A stretch of DNA of 64,000 bases from Candidatus Pelearchaeum maunauluense (GCA_030059675.1 JANVYQ010000003.1:32001-96000); one strand, 5' to 3'. Counted from the stretch's first letter, positions 1 through 10,842 are shown. Numbers and translations are program-made. Notes: generated from the letters alone by a model not told the origin.

Positions 1-111
1 GCCGCATACGCGTACCCCCGCGAGATAGAGTTTGTCAACCAGCTACCGAGAACAACAACAGGAAAACTCCAGCGATACATGTTGAGAAAGCTTGAGGAAG
101 AGCGTGGGTAA
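1..111 (+). CDS. 3' end of an acyl-CoA synthetase / AMP-binding enzyme (partial)
   Basis: Frame +1 reads AAYAYPREIEFVNQLPRTTTGKLQRYMLR, the typical AMP-binding C-terminal motif (LP.T.TGK..R); stop TAA at 109-111. Confidence 0.85.
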   Translation, partial: AAYAYPREIEFVNQLPRTTTGKLQRYMLRKLEEERG

Positions 112-240
112 AATAAAAATGTAAAAGAATAAAGAAAGCCTCAATATCCACACTCAAAAATTAGAATAGCCCAAACATTTTACAGGTTGTTTTTCGTATG
201 TATTAAAATATTTAGCGTGGAATAAAATAACCATTCCCGT

Positions 241-1320
241 ATGTCAAAGATCAGGGTCGCTATAATAGGCGTTGGTAACTGTGCATCGGCGCTCGTCCAG
301 GGGGTTTACTACTACCGAGACGCCGATGACGCTGACTTCGTCCCAGGTCTCATGCACGTAAGGCTTGGCCCTTACCATGTAAGCGATATAGAGTTCGTGG
401 CCGCTTTTGATATTGACAAAAATAAGGTTGGGAAAGACTTGTCGCAGGCGATATTTGCGCCGCCAAACTGCACGTTAAAGTTCAGCGACGTGCCGAGGCT
501 GGATGTTGAGGTTCTTCCAGGGAGGGTTTATGACAGCATAGGAAAATACCTACACGGAGTCATAGAAGTCCATAACTCCAACACGATAGATGTCGCGGAT
601 GTCCTGAGGAGCACTAAGGCTGATGTGGTGGTCAATTTCCTGCCAGTGGGCAGCGAGCTGGCTACCCGATGGTATATGGAGCAGGCGTTGGAGGCTGGGA
701 CAGGCGTAGTTAATGGGATTCCAGTCTTCATAGCGCGTGAGCGCGAGTGGCAGGAGATGTTCGCCCAGCGGCGTGTTCCGCTAATAGGCGATGACATTAA
801 ATCACAGGTCGGAGCCACGATACTACATAGAGTTCTCACGAAGCTCTTCGTAGACAGGGGAGTGAAGATAGACAGGTCTTACCAGATAAACTTCGGTGGG
901 AACACAGATTTTCTCAACATGCTGGAGCGGGAGCGGCTACAGTCAAAGAAAATCTCCAAGACGCAGGCGGTTACTTCGCTGATACCCTACGACCCGGGTG
1001 CTGAGAACATACACATAGGGCCAAGCGACTATATTCCATGGCTTAAGGATAGGAAGTGGGCATACATCAGGATTGAGGGCTCCGCCTTCGGTGGCGCGCC
1101 GCTCACAGTTGAAGCCAAGCTTGAGGTGTGGGACAGCCCCAACTCGGCTGGCGTGGTGATAGACGCGGTGAGATGCGTAAAGATAGCACGCGACAGGAAT
1201 ATAGGAGGCGTCCTGATAGGGCCTTCAGCCTACTTCATGAAGTCGCCGCCAAAACAATACCCAGATGAGATAGCTCGGAAGATGGTGGAGGACTTCATAA
1301 ACGGGAAAACAACACAGTAA
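241..1320 (+). CDS. ino1: myo-inositol-1-phosphate synthase
   Basis: [35 protein letters not shown] and WDSPNSAG motifs. Confidence 0.96.
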   Translation: MSKIRVAIIGVGNCASALVQGVYYYRDADDADFVPGLMHVRLGPYHVSDIEFVAAFDIDKNKVGKDLSQAIFAPPNCTLKFSDVPRLDVEVLPGRVYDSIGKYLHGVIEVHNSNTIDVADVLRSTKADVVVNFLPVGSELATRWYMEQALEAGTGVVNGIPVFIAREREWQEMFAQRRVPLIGDDIKSQVGATILHRVLTKLFVDRGVKIDRSYQINFGGNTDFLNMLERERLQSKKISKTQAVTSLIPYDPGAENIHIGPSDYIPWLKDRKWAYIRIEGSAFGGAPLTVEAKLEVWDSPNSAGVVIDAVRCVKIARDRNIGGVLIGPSAYFMKSPPKQYPDEIARKMVEDFINGKTTQ

Positions 1321-1325
1321 ATATT

Positions 1326-2426
1326 TTATCCAGCTACCCCATCAAGCTCGCCAAAAGCGTCGCCAAGCCTGGCAAGTGCGCGGCGCTTCTCCGCCTCAAC
1401 CAAATCAGATGCATTAATAGAATCAACGACCTGCTGGAGTCTCCAGAGTATCTCGGCAGAGCCGTACCTATCAACAAGCTCCTCAGCAAGTATCGCGGGG
1501 TCTCTGAAACTGGGTGATGTCTCGTAGTAAATCATGCTCCCCAAGGCGAGGAGCTTTACAATCTCGCGGCCGACTCCACGCACCGCCAAGAGCTGTTCAT
1601 AGTCGCGCGGTGGTGAGGAGTGTAGCCTCTGGAGAAGCTTCCAGTTTATGGAGCCGCGTGGGGTTAGGAAGACGACGTACTCAACATGGTTGGGGTCTTG
1701 GGTTAGCTTTGTCTGTTTATGCATTCTAAAGTACGTCTGAAGCCTACGTAGTTTGCTTGGCTCCCACTCAAGCAGCTCCACTGATGTTCGCCTTGCTTCA
1801 GCGCTATCGCGGGCAGTCATGTCGAGTACTATCGGCTTCTTCTCAACAGCCAGAATACCATTATGCGGCTCGTCCACGAAGCTCTTAACGTTTCCAGAGA
1901 ACCAGTGGTAGCGTCGCGCGTTTGTTGAATAAGGCTCGCGGCTGAGCTGTATGATTGTCCATATCCTAGACCTTGAGAGGAGCATGATATGGAAGTACAG
2001 GTCGTAGCCGTCTTGTAGTGCTACGCTGTCTATCTTGGAAACCATGCGGCTGCAGTAGAGCAGGTACTGTACCCACCGCTCGCTAAGCCCGAAATGCTCA
2101 GCTATGCCAGCCAGCTCCTTAGGTACGTCGAAGCGTGATAGGCTTTTGCCGCCTAGTACAGCTACGCCTGATTGTGGGTTTAGCGTCTCCTTGAGTATCG
2201 CTCCCATTATCAGCGTTGAGTCTCCCTCAAGCTCGTCAAGCCCACTTGCTACTAGGAGGAAGTCCAGGAAGTAGGGTTCAGCCATACTCTCAACTAGGCT
2301 GTCAGGACCGTATAGGCTTAGGTAGCTCTGCAATATCTCTCCAACAACTCGTCTGGTAATTACATAATATCTCTCTCCAAATCTCTTATTGGTGAGCTTG
2401 AGTTCGCGGATGCCAGCCCTATACAT
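1326..2426 (-). CDS. DUF763 family protein
   Basis: ALQDGYDLYFH, ARRYHW and SFVDEPH motifs, plus a C-terminal HhH-like segment (LLAVRGVG). Confidence 0.85.
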   Translation of the reverse strand: MYRAGIRELKLTNKRFGERYYVITRRVVGEILQSYLSLYGPDSLVESMAEPYFLDFLLVASGLDELEGDSTLIMGAILKETLNPQSGVAVLGGKSLSRFDVPKELAGIAEHFGLSERWVQYLLYCSRMVSKIDSVALQDGYDLYFHIMLLSRSRIWTIIQLSREPYSTNARRYHWFSGNVKSFVDEPHNGILAVEKKPIVLDMTARDSAEARRTSVELLEWEPSKLRRLQTYFRMHKQTKLTQDPNHVEYVVFLTPRGSINWKLLQRLHSSPPRDYEQLLAVRGVGREIVKLLALGSMIYYETSPSFRDPAILAEELVDRYGSAEILWRLQQVVDSINASDLVEAEKRRALARLGDAFGELDGVAG

Positions 2427-2533
2427 GCCCCTAAGCTGTCTCCCGCATATCCGGCCAGGGATTTAAACTAGAGAGCGACAAAACATTATAGAATATACTC
2501 CACGACTATTGAGTATATTACACGCCGAATCGC

Positions 2534-2752
2534 TCAATAGTCTGTTAGACCTTCTACCCTACGGCGGCGCGACTTTATGCGCACCCAGAGGTAAACGATG
2601 ACTGATATTGCTGTGGGTATGTAGATTGTGAAGAGCTGGAAGTACCAGACTAGGAAGAATCCATAGAAGGCTTGTATCGCTAGGAAGAGTAGCGAGACTA
2701 GAAGCATGATTATAGTTGCGTTTCTCCAGTGCCGTTCTTCCTCGCTGCTCAA
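2534..2752 (-). CDS. small hypothetical membrane protein (2 TM)
   Basis: Two hydrophobic stretches with a basic C-terminal tail; overlaps the rpo6 stop by 4 nt (translational coupling). Confidence 0.65.
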   Translation of the reverse strand: MSSEEERHWRNATIIMLLVSLLFLAIQAFYGFFLVWYFQLFTIYIPTAISVIVYLWVRIKSRRRRVEGLTDY

Positions 2753-3000
2753 CTAGCTCCCTGCTCCAGAGCAAGAAGCTCTTTGAGCGATATATCTACA
2801 TACTGCCCGTTGGGGAGTTTGCGTCTAATGATTATGGGTAGGACTCCCCTCTCCAGCTCTCGCGTCGCTATATCTATCGGCGTATCGTCGGGCTTAACCT
2901 CCACCAAGGGGAACGCCCCTAGGGAGAGCTGGAGAGCGCGCCCCCCAAGAATACGCGCCCGCTCATATTTTGTGAGCTTGTAAAGTGCAGGTGATGACAT
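2749..3000 (-). CDS. rpo6: DNA-directed RNA polymerase subunit Rpo6 (K)
   Basis: [21 protein letters not shown] and [13 protein letters not shown] motifs; the ATG at 3000 is preferred over the ORF-track start. Confidence 0.96.
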   Translation of the reverse strand: MSSPALYKLTKYERARILGGRALQLSLGAFPLVEVKPDDTPIDIATRELERGVLPIIIRRKLPNGQYVDISLKELLALEQGAS

Positions 3001-3108
3001 GGCAAGGTTGCAGAGAAGAATTAAAGCCATAATTTATACAAATAATAAGGCGTGCCGTTGGTTAGGCTCTTAAATAAAAACGTTTCAGAGAAGGGGTTGG
3101 TGGAGGGT

Positions 3109-4758
3109 TTAATCCTCGCTCTCGCCGCCTTCCTCTTCCTTCTTCTTGCCAGGCCCGCCCTTCTCCTCTAGTCGCGAGGCCGCGATGATGTCGTCTATCT
3201 TCAGAATCATGGACGCAGCCTCAACGGCCGACTTTATCGCCTGCTTCTTAACCAACAGCGGGTCTATGACGTCCAACTTATACATGTCTGCAAGCTCTGC
3301 CTCAAAGACGTTAACGCCATACCATAGCTTGCCCTCCTTGTGCTTAGACCTTAGGTTGACCAGCGTCTCTATCGGGTCCATTCCAGCGTTCTCGGCCAGC
3401 TGGGCTGGGATTATCTCCAGAGCCTCGGCGAAGCGCTCCACGGCTAGCTGCTCCTTGCCTGGAAGCGTCTTGGCATAGTCTCTCAGCCTTAGGGCTGTCT
3501 CTATCTCGCTTGCACCGCCGCCCGCGACAACCTTGCCCTCAACTATCACGTCCCTCACCACGTTTATCGCGTCTTTGATTGAGCGCTCAGCCTCGTCCAC
3601 TATCCTCTGCGTGCCGCCCCTTATCAGTACTGTGAGAGCCTTCGGGTTCTCGCAGCCCTCTATGAATATCATCTTATCCTCTCCTACGCGCCTCTCCTCT
3701 ACCAGCTGAGCTTTGCCCAGGTCCTCGCTCCTTAGGTCGTCTATGCGTGTTATCACCCTACCCCGCGTAGCCTTGGCTAGCTTATCCATATCGCTCTTCT
3801 TGATACGCCTAACCGCCATGATCCCCTTCTTGGCTAGGAAGTACTGGGCCAGGTCGTCTATGCCCTTCTGGCATAGCACCACGTTGGCGCCTGTCGCGGC
3901 TATCTTCTCCACCATCTCGCGGAGCATGTCTTCCTCCTGCTTCATGAACGCGCGCATCTGCTCAGGTGTCTCTATGTTCAGCTTGGCATCAAACTCGGTC
4001 TTCTCAATCTCCAGCGAAGCATCCAGCAACGCAATCCTAGCGTTCCTCACAAGCTTCGGCATATCGGCATGAACTACCTCCTTATCAAGAACTATGCCGT
4101 CAACCAGCTTGGTGTCGCGGAGAGACTGGCCCTCCTTCTTCTCAATCTTAACATCATCAAGGTCAACAACCCACTTATCGCCTACCTTCTCGGCGACGCG
4201 CGTTACCGCCTCAACTGCTATCTCAGATAGGTAGTCGCTCTCCTCTGCCACGAGCTTGCTGAGCATCGAAGTCTTGGCAACTTTCTTAAGTATCCCCTTG
4301 TCGTTGGGGCTTACCTTAATTCCTATCTCGTCGAGTATGTCTAGGCTCTTCAGCGCTGCCTTGCGGTAGCCCTCGATTATAATTGTCGGGTGTACCTCCT
4401 TCTCTATCAACTCCTCCGCCTTGGCTAGTAGCTCGCCAGCTAGGACGACCGATGTCGTTGTACCGTCTCCAACCTCCTCATCCTGAGCCTTGGCGACCTC
4501 AACCATCATCTTAGCGACTGGGTGCTCAACATCCATCTCCTTGAGAATTGTAGCGCCGTCGTTTGTGATGACGATATCACCGAAACTATCTACGAGCATT
4601 TTGTCCATGCCGCGCGGGCCTAGAGAAGACTTCATCGTCTCGGCGATTACCTTAGCCACCATGATGTTGGCCGACTGGGTCTCTCTGCCCCGCATGCGGC
4701 GTGAGCCTTCCTTAAGGACGATGACAGGTTGGGTTGCGGAACCTACCATAGCAGACAT
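3109..4758 (-). CDS. ths: thermosome (group II chaperonin) subunit
   Basis: [18 protein letters not shown] and GDGTTT motifs. Confidence 0.97.
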   Translation of the reverse strand: MSAMVGSATQPVIVLKEGSRRMRGRETQSANIMVAKVIAETMKSSLGPRGMDKMLVDSFGDIVITNDGATILKEMDVEHPVAKMMVEVAKAQDEEVGDGTTTSVVLAGELLAKAEELIEKEVHPTIIIEGYRKAALKSLDILDEIGIKVSPNDKGILKKVAKTSMLSKLVAEESDYLSEIAVEAVTRVAEKVGDKWVVDLDDVKIEKKEGQSLRDTKLVDGIVLDKEVVHADMPKLVRNARIALLDASLEIEKTEFDAKLNIETPEQMRAFMKQEEDMLREMVEKIAATGANVVLCQKGIDDLAQYFLAKKGIMAVRRIKKSDMDKLAKATRGRVITRIDDLRSEDLGKAQLVEERRVGEDKMIFIEGCENPKALTVLIRGGTQRIVDEAERSIKDAINVVRDVIVEGKVVAGGGASEIETALRLRDYAKTLPGKEQLAVERFAEALEIIPAQLAENAGMDPIETLVNLRSKHKEGKLWYGVNVFEAELADMYKLDVIDPLLVKKQAIKSAVEAASMILKIDDIIAASRLEEKGGPGKKKEEEGGESED

Positions 4759-4833
4759 AATCTACAACACCTCTAACCAGACGCGCAGCGCCCCACATTA
4801 TAAACCTTGGCTTATAAAAGGCGATTGAAAACT

Positions 4834-4856
4834 AAACGCGGCGTTTTTCCGCGTTT
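4834..4856. promoter_or_regulatory. inverted repeat AAACGCGG-N7-CCGCGTTT in the divergent thermosome/RHH intergenic region
   Basis: 8-bp perfect arms, just downstream of a TATA-like CTTATAAAA (4811-4819). Confidence 0.35.
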
Positions 4857-4986
4857 CTGGCCGTTATTTCTCAGGAATTCGGTTATAGATATTCTTATGG
4901 CCGCTTACTGATGTGCATTTATTGAGTATGGGGGTGCGCAAGGGATTAATTGCGGCGTATTACGCTGGTATGGCTGGTGAGTGTCG

Positions 4987-5130
4987 GTGAAGCTAATATC
5001 AGTAAAGTTGCCAGAAGCCTTGATTGATGGTATGGACGAGTTGGTCAAGAGGGGCGTTTACCCAAGCAGGAGCGCGGTCATGCGCACAGCGGTTAGAGAC
5101 CTGCTCAGAAAAGAGCTTTGGAAACAATAG
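4987..5130 (+). CDS. ribbon-helix-helix transcription factor, CdrS/aCcr1-like (47 aa; not in ORF track)
   Basis: GTG start after SD-like GGTGA; translation MKLISVKLPEALIDGMDELVKRGVYPSRSAVMRTAVRDLLRKELWKQ is a classic CopG/RHH pattern. Confidence 0.9.
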   Translation: MKLISVKLPEALIDGMDELVKRGVYPSRSAVMRTAVRDLLRKELWKQ

Positions 5131-5922
5131 CTATATCCTGAACGGAAGGTTCTTCACACTGACAACACGGCCATAGACGTACTTTAGGTCTGTCACGAAT
5201 GGGGCGAAATCAAGCTCCTCCCCCTCGTCGCTCGGCAGGTAGCGTATATACGGCCCAGCAGGCTTGTCGCTGAGCTCCATGTAGAAGAAGAGCGGTAGTG
5301 TGGAGGAGTCGTAGTAGTCAAAGAATGGGTAGAGTATGCCTAGGAGATGTTTCTCTCGTTGTGCTAGGTGCCAGATTGGCGGTGTTGATGTGCTGTCGCT
5401 CATCGTGGCCACGAGCCGCATTAATGAAGCAAGGTTCCGCGCCCTAACCATTATGGGTTTCTCACCATGCGAAACACTACTACGCTGCTTCACCGCCTCA
5501 GCAACGAAATAAGGCGTATCCTCAATCTCAACAACCACACAGTTGATATACTTACCAGCCTCAGGGGTCGTTGTGATCTTTACCTCCTCCTTCTCCACAT
5601 TGGTGTATGCGATGTATGGTGGAGGCCGGTCATTATACCATACATAGGCTAGTATTGGTATGTTTCCCTTCCAGAAGGGAATGGATGTCATATGAGCTAT
5701 TACATGCTTCCCGCGTAGCGGGAAGCACCATAGGAGTGGTGGATAGTCGCTCCGCGTGGTTGCTAGTCTGGCGAGGCTAAGCAGGTCCTCTACCTCCACC
5801 GATACGGGAGGTTTTTCATGAAACGTTTTAGCTGCCTGTTTCTTCTTCAAAGCCGCCGTATCAACATTATCGCTCTGTAATATATTCTGCTCATTCTTTA
5901 TAAGCCCGCTTGGGCCAGTCAT
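5131..5922 (-). CDS. conserved archaeal hypothetical protein with two tandem homologous domains
   Basis: Long ORF; the halves align (VEVEDLLSLARL..PPLLW..KHVIA..IPILAY..PYIAY vs VRARNLASLMRL..PPIWH..KHLLG..LPLFFY..PYIRY). The true start is probably the downstream TTG. Confidence 0.7.
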   Translation of the reverse strand: MTGPSGLIKNEQNILQSDNVDTAALKKKQAAKTFHEKPPVSVEVEDLLSLARLATTRSDYPPLLWCFPLRGKHVIAHMTSIPFWKGNIPILAYVWYNDRPPPYIAYTNVEKEEVKITTTPEAGKYINCVVVEIEDTPYFVAEAVKQRSSVSHGEKPIMVRARNLASLMRLVATMSDSTSTPPIWHLAQREKHLLGILYPFFDYYDSSTLPLFFYMELSDKPAGPYIRYLPSDEGEELDFAPFVTDLKYVYGRVVSVKNLPFRI

Positions 5923-5928
5923 ACATGC

Positions 5929-6660
5929 ATGAAGGAACTCTCGGCAGATGCCTACAAGCTCGCTAAAGAGGCTTTAATGACTAGGATAGCTGGTGAGGTC
6001 ATCTTCGCCCAGCAGCCTGGTGAGGCTCTTAGGAAGTGGCGTGTCCTCTTTGAGGAGAGCCAGACAGAGCTCGCGCGGATGATGGGAATAGCCCCATCAG
6101 TCTTAAGCGACTACGAGAAAAACCGCCGAAAATCGCCTGGGACCAACTTCATAAGACGCTACGTCTCGGCTTTGATAGAGCTTGACGAGAAGCGCGGAGG
6201 GGCGCATATACGTAGATTCAGCAACCTTGTTAAAGACTTCAGCAGCGTCATACTCGCTATAGCGGAATTTACCAAGCCGCGGACAGCCGAAGAGATGGCG
6301 CGTGCGTTAGATGGTGTATGGCTAGCTGGGAAGAGCAACATGGACGCTGCAATATACGGATACACAGTCGTTGATAGCCTCCAAGCAATAATGAACCTAG
6401 ACTCGCATGACTTTCTACACCTCTTCGGACAGAACTCCATGCGCCTTGTAGTCTTTACTGGAGTGAGTAGGGGAAGGTCGCCGATAATAGCTGTCAAAAT
6501 ATATCCAATTAAGCCGAAGATGGTTGCTATACACGGGCCGCGGAGCCCGTCTGAGGTTGACCCGCTGGGTAAGGAGCTGGCTGAGAGGGAGGGAATACCA
6601 TACGTGCTCTCGCTTAAGAAAGATGTGAATAGCCTGATAGCTGCGCTCAGTAGGTTGTAG
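5929..6660 (+). CDS. XRE-type HTH transcriptional regulator (COG1709-like)
   Basis: RIAGEV..PGEALRKWR..SQTELARMMGIAPSVLSDYE HTH and C-terminal GRSPIIAVK motif. Confidence 0.85.
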   Translation: MKELSADAYKLAKEALMTRIAGEVIFAQQPGEALRKWRVLFEESQTELARMMGIAPSVLSDYEKNRRKSPGTNFIRRYVSALIELDEKRGGAHIRRFSNLVKDFSSVILAIAEFTKPRTAEEMARALDGVWLAGKSNMDAAIYGYTVVDSLQAIMNLDSHDFLHLFGQNSMRLVVFTGVSRGRSPIIAVKIYPIKPKMVAIHGPRSPSEVDPLGKELAEREGIPYVLSLKKDVNSLIAALSRL

Positions 6661-7093
6661 TGGTTGTCTCCTTACGCACCAGCTTAGCGTTGAGGATACC
6701 ATTAACGTATCTAATGTCCTTTATAATGACCTCAAACGGTAGGTGTAGTGTTCTCTTGAAGCCCATCCCCCCTCTGACTATGAGCTTACGGCCCGCGAGC
6801 TCTATCTTCACCCTATTCTCAGGGCCTGGCACCTGCGCGGTGAGGCTCAGGTGGTCTTCCTCCTCACGCAACTCGCAGAGCAGGTCGCTCCAGGCTTTCT
6901 TCCTAAGCGCCTTATTCAGCTCGCGTATCCAGTAAAACGCTAGACCAGCCGTTAGGGCTACGAGAATTATGCCTAGTAGCCCTTTATGGAACCTGAAGAG
7001 GAGTGTGGCTATGCCTATGAAGATTAGAGCTATGATTAGGTAGAGTATGAAGGAGGACGATATGTCAACGCCTCTACCCCTACCCCTCTGCAG
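6647..7093 (-). CDS. membrane-anchored Hsp20/alpha-crystallin-like protein, probable CTG start
   Basis: The frame of the 74-aa ORF stays open upstream through two TM helices (SSSFILYLIIALIFIGIATLLF; GLLGIILVALTAGLAFYWI). C-terminal YVNGILNAKL is an alpha-crystallin signature. The only plausible start is CTG at 7093, 6 nt after GGGGTGA. Confidence 0.75.
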   Translation of the reverse strand: MQRGRGRGVDISSSFILYLIIALIFIGIATLLFRFHKGLLGIILVALTAGLAFYWIRELNKALRKKAWSDLLCELREEEDHLSLTAQVPGPENRVKIELAGRKLIVRGGMGFKRTLHLPFEVIIKDIRYVNGILNAKLVRKETTTTTY

Positions 7094-7099
7094 GCCTGG

Positions 7100-9922
7100 T
7101 CACCCCAGTATTATGGTCATGTAGCGTAAGACCACCACTCCATCTTCTACCATTATCGCACCCACATTTAAGCTATCTCCCTCAAGCCAGTAGAGGACCC
7201 TGCCCAGCCCCTTCTCAGTGACCCAATTCTGGAGGAACTCGTCCAGTTTTGCCTTCACGTTCTCCACGTCTCCCTCACTTATTAGGCGCACAGACCCCTC
7301 GAAGAAGACGAGGTTGGCGTTTATCTCCTCGGGCTCCTCAACCCTGAGGCCAGAATCCCTGAGGTGCTTGAGGACTATCTCCAACCACTCCTCAAACGTA
7401 AGCTCCCTAGCCTCCGGTGCGCTGGCTCCAGCGAGCTTGTAGAGGAAGTTCCTGAACGCCTCTTCAACACTATCACCCAGGCCGACGAAATACTGGCCTG
7501 TGAAGGCCGCCCCAACCGCTGCCACCGTTCCTATCTGCGTAACTACCACGTCCTCAGCCCCCGCTGGAGCAGTGTAGACGGGGATTATATAGACTGGGTG
7601 CTGGCCTATGTTGTAGAGTATCCTCTCACCTATGCGTGGCGGGTTCTTAGGGTCTGTTGTGAGTAGCGTCTTGATTACTCTGAAATCGGGGTCGCGCTCA
7701 AGCGCCTGCTGCGCGGCCGTTGGGCCTAGGAGCTTCGTCTCTGACTCTGGTGGAACGGCGTAGAATATCATCTCACCAGTATAGGGGTAGTCGTTCCTCA
7801 CCAGGATATAGCCTGCCAAGTTCCTGCCCTGCGCTCCCCTTACTTCAAGCGAGAGAAGACCAAGAAACTCCATCTTGCTAAAGCCCTGCGGCTTCTCCAT
7901 AATATAATACACGCTAAGCCCCTGCGGCACCTCGTAAAACTCGCGAGCCTGGATAAACGTGGCTGGGTCGGTAACGTGATAGATGTTGAACATCTCCACA
8001 CGCCACCTAAAGAGCTCGGCAGGATACCTAATCTGATTCCTCAACCACTCAGGTACCTCCGTAGTTATGTAATCTGAATAAACCGTCTTGAAGAGCTGGG
8101 AGAAGAAGTCATCACCAGTTACTATGATGTTTATAGTCCCGTCATACGCGTCTACGAGTGCGAAGCCTAGGAGGCGTGTGAAGGGGTTGCTGCGGGACCA
8201 TGGTAGGTTGTCTGTCTTTAGGGCGACGATTAGTGGTACGAGCCAGTTGGCGCGCTCGCCGTTGGTTACGGGCAGCATGTCCACCAGCCTCCCGTCTTGC
8301 CAGCGGTAAGCGAAGTAGGGAAGTACTAGCTGCACCCGTTCATGGACATCGCGGTAACGGAGTAGGTGTATTGTTCTATCAGGGTAGCTTAAGAAGAAGG
8401 TTATGTCAAATATCCAGCTCAGTGGCGGGGATACCTTAACCCCACCACGCCCATCGTAGCGCACACCACCTATCTCATCTGAGTTCTCCTTTCCCTCAAT
8501 AATCGCAGCCCAGGTAGTGCTGAACAAGCTATCTGCACCGCCCTCGCCATAGTATATGCGGCGCTCGCGGAAGAAGAGGCCAGGGTCAACCACGTCACCA
8601 GTATGTGCGTTAAGCATTAGGAAGCCCTCTGGAATGTGAGTATAAACTAGGTGCTCGTTATACCATAAGTCTGCGGCCGTTACCGTGGGGGGCAGTACAG
8701 GCTTCATAGAGGCGCTCCAGTATAGGGTGTTGTTGAACCGTAGAATGTCTGAGTCCTCAAACTGGACGTAGGGTATCAATCCTATCTCTGGCTTGAGCTT
8801 GGCGAACGCGGCGTCCCAGCCCCAGAGACTGACCCGCGAGAGTATATCCATATTGCTCTCTATGTAGCTGTCTATATTCTCAGGGGGTATGGTAACGAGG
8901 CTGAAGTTATACGTCATTATCTTTATGTCGTCAAGCCGCGCCAGGTAGCGGTTTACCGCTATCTCCTGCGAGACATACGGGCCCTGCCACTCAAGCTTCT
9001 GGGCATCGGCTATGCTGTTCTGGATTGTTACCGCAGATGCAACAGCTAGCGCTATTAATATGAGCGCACCTGCCCTGAGGTAGATATTCCGCATAACAGG
9101 CATCTTACGCGAGTCCCAGTAAGCGAATAATGCGAATATCGCCGAAGTTACGAAGGCTGCGGTGATGAATATCTTTGTGTTGAAGTTTATGTAGTTTGAG
9201 AAGAAGATGTTAAATCCAGTCCAGGCGAGGCCTAGGCTGATTAATGCTTCTATCGTTGATGTCTTTATCGTAGCTACGCCTGTCTCTATAAATGAGATTA
9301 CCGTGTGTGTTATTACCTTGATTATCTGAGTCAGCCCTATCAGGAGTATGAGTCTTATCCCTATGGCGCTTAGTATAGGTGGTATTAGCAGAGTTAAAGC
9401 TGGCGCAGCCTTTATCACCGTCTCAGCCCCCGTTGCTGAGCGCTGCTCAAACGTCGTGAAGGGCAGGCTGAAAATTCCTGGAACATGCTGGAGGCCAGAA
9501 TCCCAGCCGCTGATACTTGCTATAAGCGTCATCCCAAAGAGGGCGTTGGACATTATCAGGGAGCCTATGAGTACCTTGGTTATCTGCCACATGACGAAGG
9601 TGGTGGGCTGCAGCCTGAAGCGCTCAAAGTTGAAGGGCCGCGGATGGAATAGCCCTCCGCGCATGCTGGCGAGGAATGTACGAAGAGCCCATAGAGTGAG
9701 GGATTTCCTGTCTCTTATGTTGAAACGGACAAACGCTATAACCGCTAGAATCAGCCCGCCCACATAGCTGAGGAAGAACGGCCTGATATACAGGTCGCCG
9801 AACTCGCTTATGTTTAGAAAGACTTGTAGTAGCTGGTTTCCGATGAGAGAGAAGAGTAGGGCAAAGATGATGAAAGAGACTATCCAGATAATCGCCCTAC
9901 CCCTACGCCTATCTTCATACAT
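7100..9922 (-). CDS. UPF0182 family membrane protein
   Basis: N-terminal multi-TM region; HLVYTH, RIYYGE, VDAYDGT, IRYP..LF and YHVTDP motifs. Confidence 0.9.
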   Translation of the reverse strand: MYEDRRRGRAIIWIVSFIIFALLFSLIGNQLLQVFLNISEFGDLYIRPFFLSYVGGLILAVIAFVRFNIRDRKSLTLWALRTFLASMRGGLFHPRPFNFERFRLQPTTFVMWQITKVLIGSLIMSNALFGMTLIASISGWDSGLQHVPGIFSLPFTTFEQRSATGAETVIKAAPALTLLIPPILSAIGIRLILLIGLTQIIKVITHTVISFIETGVATIKTSTIEALISLGLAWTGFNIFFSNYINFNTKIFITAAFVTSAIFALFAYWDSRKMPVMRNIYLRAGALILIALAVASAVTIQNSIADAQKLEWQGPYVSQEIAVNRYLARLDDIKIMTYNFSLVTIPPENIDSYIESNMDILSRVSLWGWDAAFAKLKPEIGLIPYVQFEDSDILRFNNTLYWSASMKPVLPPTVTAADLWYNEHLVYTHIPEGFLMLNAHTGDVVDPGLFFRERRIYYGEGGADSLFSTTWAAIIEGKENSDEIGGVRYDGRGGVKVSPPLSWIFDITFFLSYPDRTIHLLRYRDVHERVQLVLPYFAYRWQDGRLVDMLPVTNGERANWLVPLIVALKTDNLPWSRSNPFTRLLGFALVDAYDGTINIIVTGDDFFSQLFKTVYSDYITTEVPEWLRNQIRYPAELFRWRVEMFNIYHVTDPATFIQAREFYEVPQGLSVYYIMEKPQGFSKMEFLGLLSLEVRGAQGRNLAGYILVRNDYPYTGEMIFYAVPPESETKLLGPTAAQQALERDPDFRVIKTLLTTDPKNPPRIGERILYNIGQHPVYIIPVYTAPAGAEDVVVTQIGTVAAVGAAFTGQYFVGLGDSVEEAFRNFLYKLAGASAPEARELTFEEWLEIVLKHLRDSGLRVEEPEEINANLVFFEGSVRLISEGDVENVKAKLDEFLQNWVTEKGLGRVLYWLEGDSLNVGAIMVEDGVVVLRYMTIILG

Positions 9923-9988
9923 CTACTGTTCAGCCAACTTTTAGCCATGCTAATTGGCGACATTATAAGGTTTGACCAGAAATAGGGG

Positions 9989-10768
9989 CTATTTTCTCCT
10001 GATTTGCGTTGCGTCGTTCCAGAGGTATCCGAAGTAGTTTCTAGCATATTTTGCCAGGCCAGGATGGTCTGACCATATAGCTAGGAGAAGGCCGCTCCCA
10101 TCATCACCAGAGAAGACTATCACAACCTCGCGCGAATCCGCTATAACACCGCCTCCAAACATCTGGTCCCTAACACGAACCTCAGCAACATCAAGCAACT
10201 TTGTCAAGAAGGACTGCTCAACAGTGTTGGAAACCATTATCTGAACCTGACATCCGCGCGTGTGCGCTGCGCCAGCTATTGACTGAATCATCATAACTAT
10301 CCCCTTGTTTAGCGCTGGTGCTGCTATGAGTAGCTCCTGCTCACAGCGTGTAGATACGTCGCGGATAGTCTCCATGATGCTGGCCTCGCCCCTCAGTATC
10401 CATATATCAGGCCTCTCCTTGGCTCCTCTCTTCTCGTATATCGGCATAAGCTCGCTCAGGATGGTCTCCTCATTCCCCCTAAGCCGCTTCTCGAGCCTTA
10501 GACGCAGCGACTCCAGCGCCGTGGCTGGGGATTTGGGAACATATCTAGCGGGCCTACCGCCGTGTGTTTCAATAAATCCCTTCTCGTCAAGCGCACCCAA
10601 AACCTCATAAACCTTAGAATACGGCACCTGCGCCGCCTCACTAATCTCGCTAGCCGTCATCGGGCCATTCTCCACCAACGTTATGTAAGTCCTGCTCTCA
10701 TACTCAGTAAGGCCCAACTCCTGCAGCGCCTTCCTTACCCGCTCCCTAACAGAGGATTGCTGTGACAT
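9989..10768 (-). CDS. TrmB family transcriptional regulator
   Basis: LGLTEYESRTY..VPYSKVYEVL..GRPARY winged HTH plus a PLD-like effector domain. Confidence 0.9.
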   Translation of the reverse strand: MSQQSSVRERVRKALQELGLTEYESRTYITLVENGPMTASEISEAAQVPYSKVYEVLGALDEKGFIETHGGRPARYVPKSPATALESLRLRLEKRLRGNEETILSELMPIYEKRGAKERPDIWILRGEASIMETIRDVSTRCEQELLIAAPALNKGIVMMIQSIAGAAHTRGCQVQIMVSNTVEQSFLTKLLDVAEVRVRDQMFGGGVIADSREVVIVFSGDDGSGLLLAIWSDHPGLAKYARNYFGYLWNDATQIRRK

Positions 10769-10842
10769 GGCTGAGCCGCCTCTATCTCACTATCCCACTC
10801 AAGCAATTTGTTATAAGGTTAAGGACTTGACAAAACATATGC

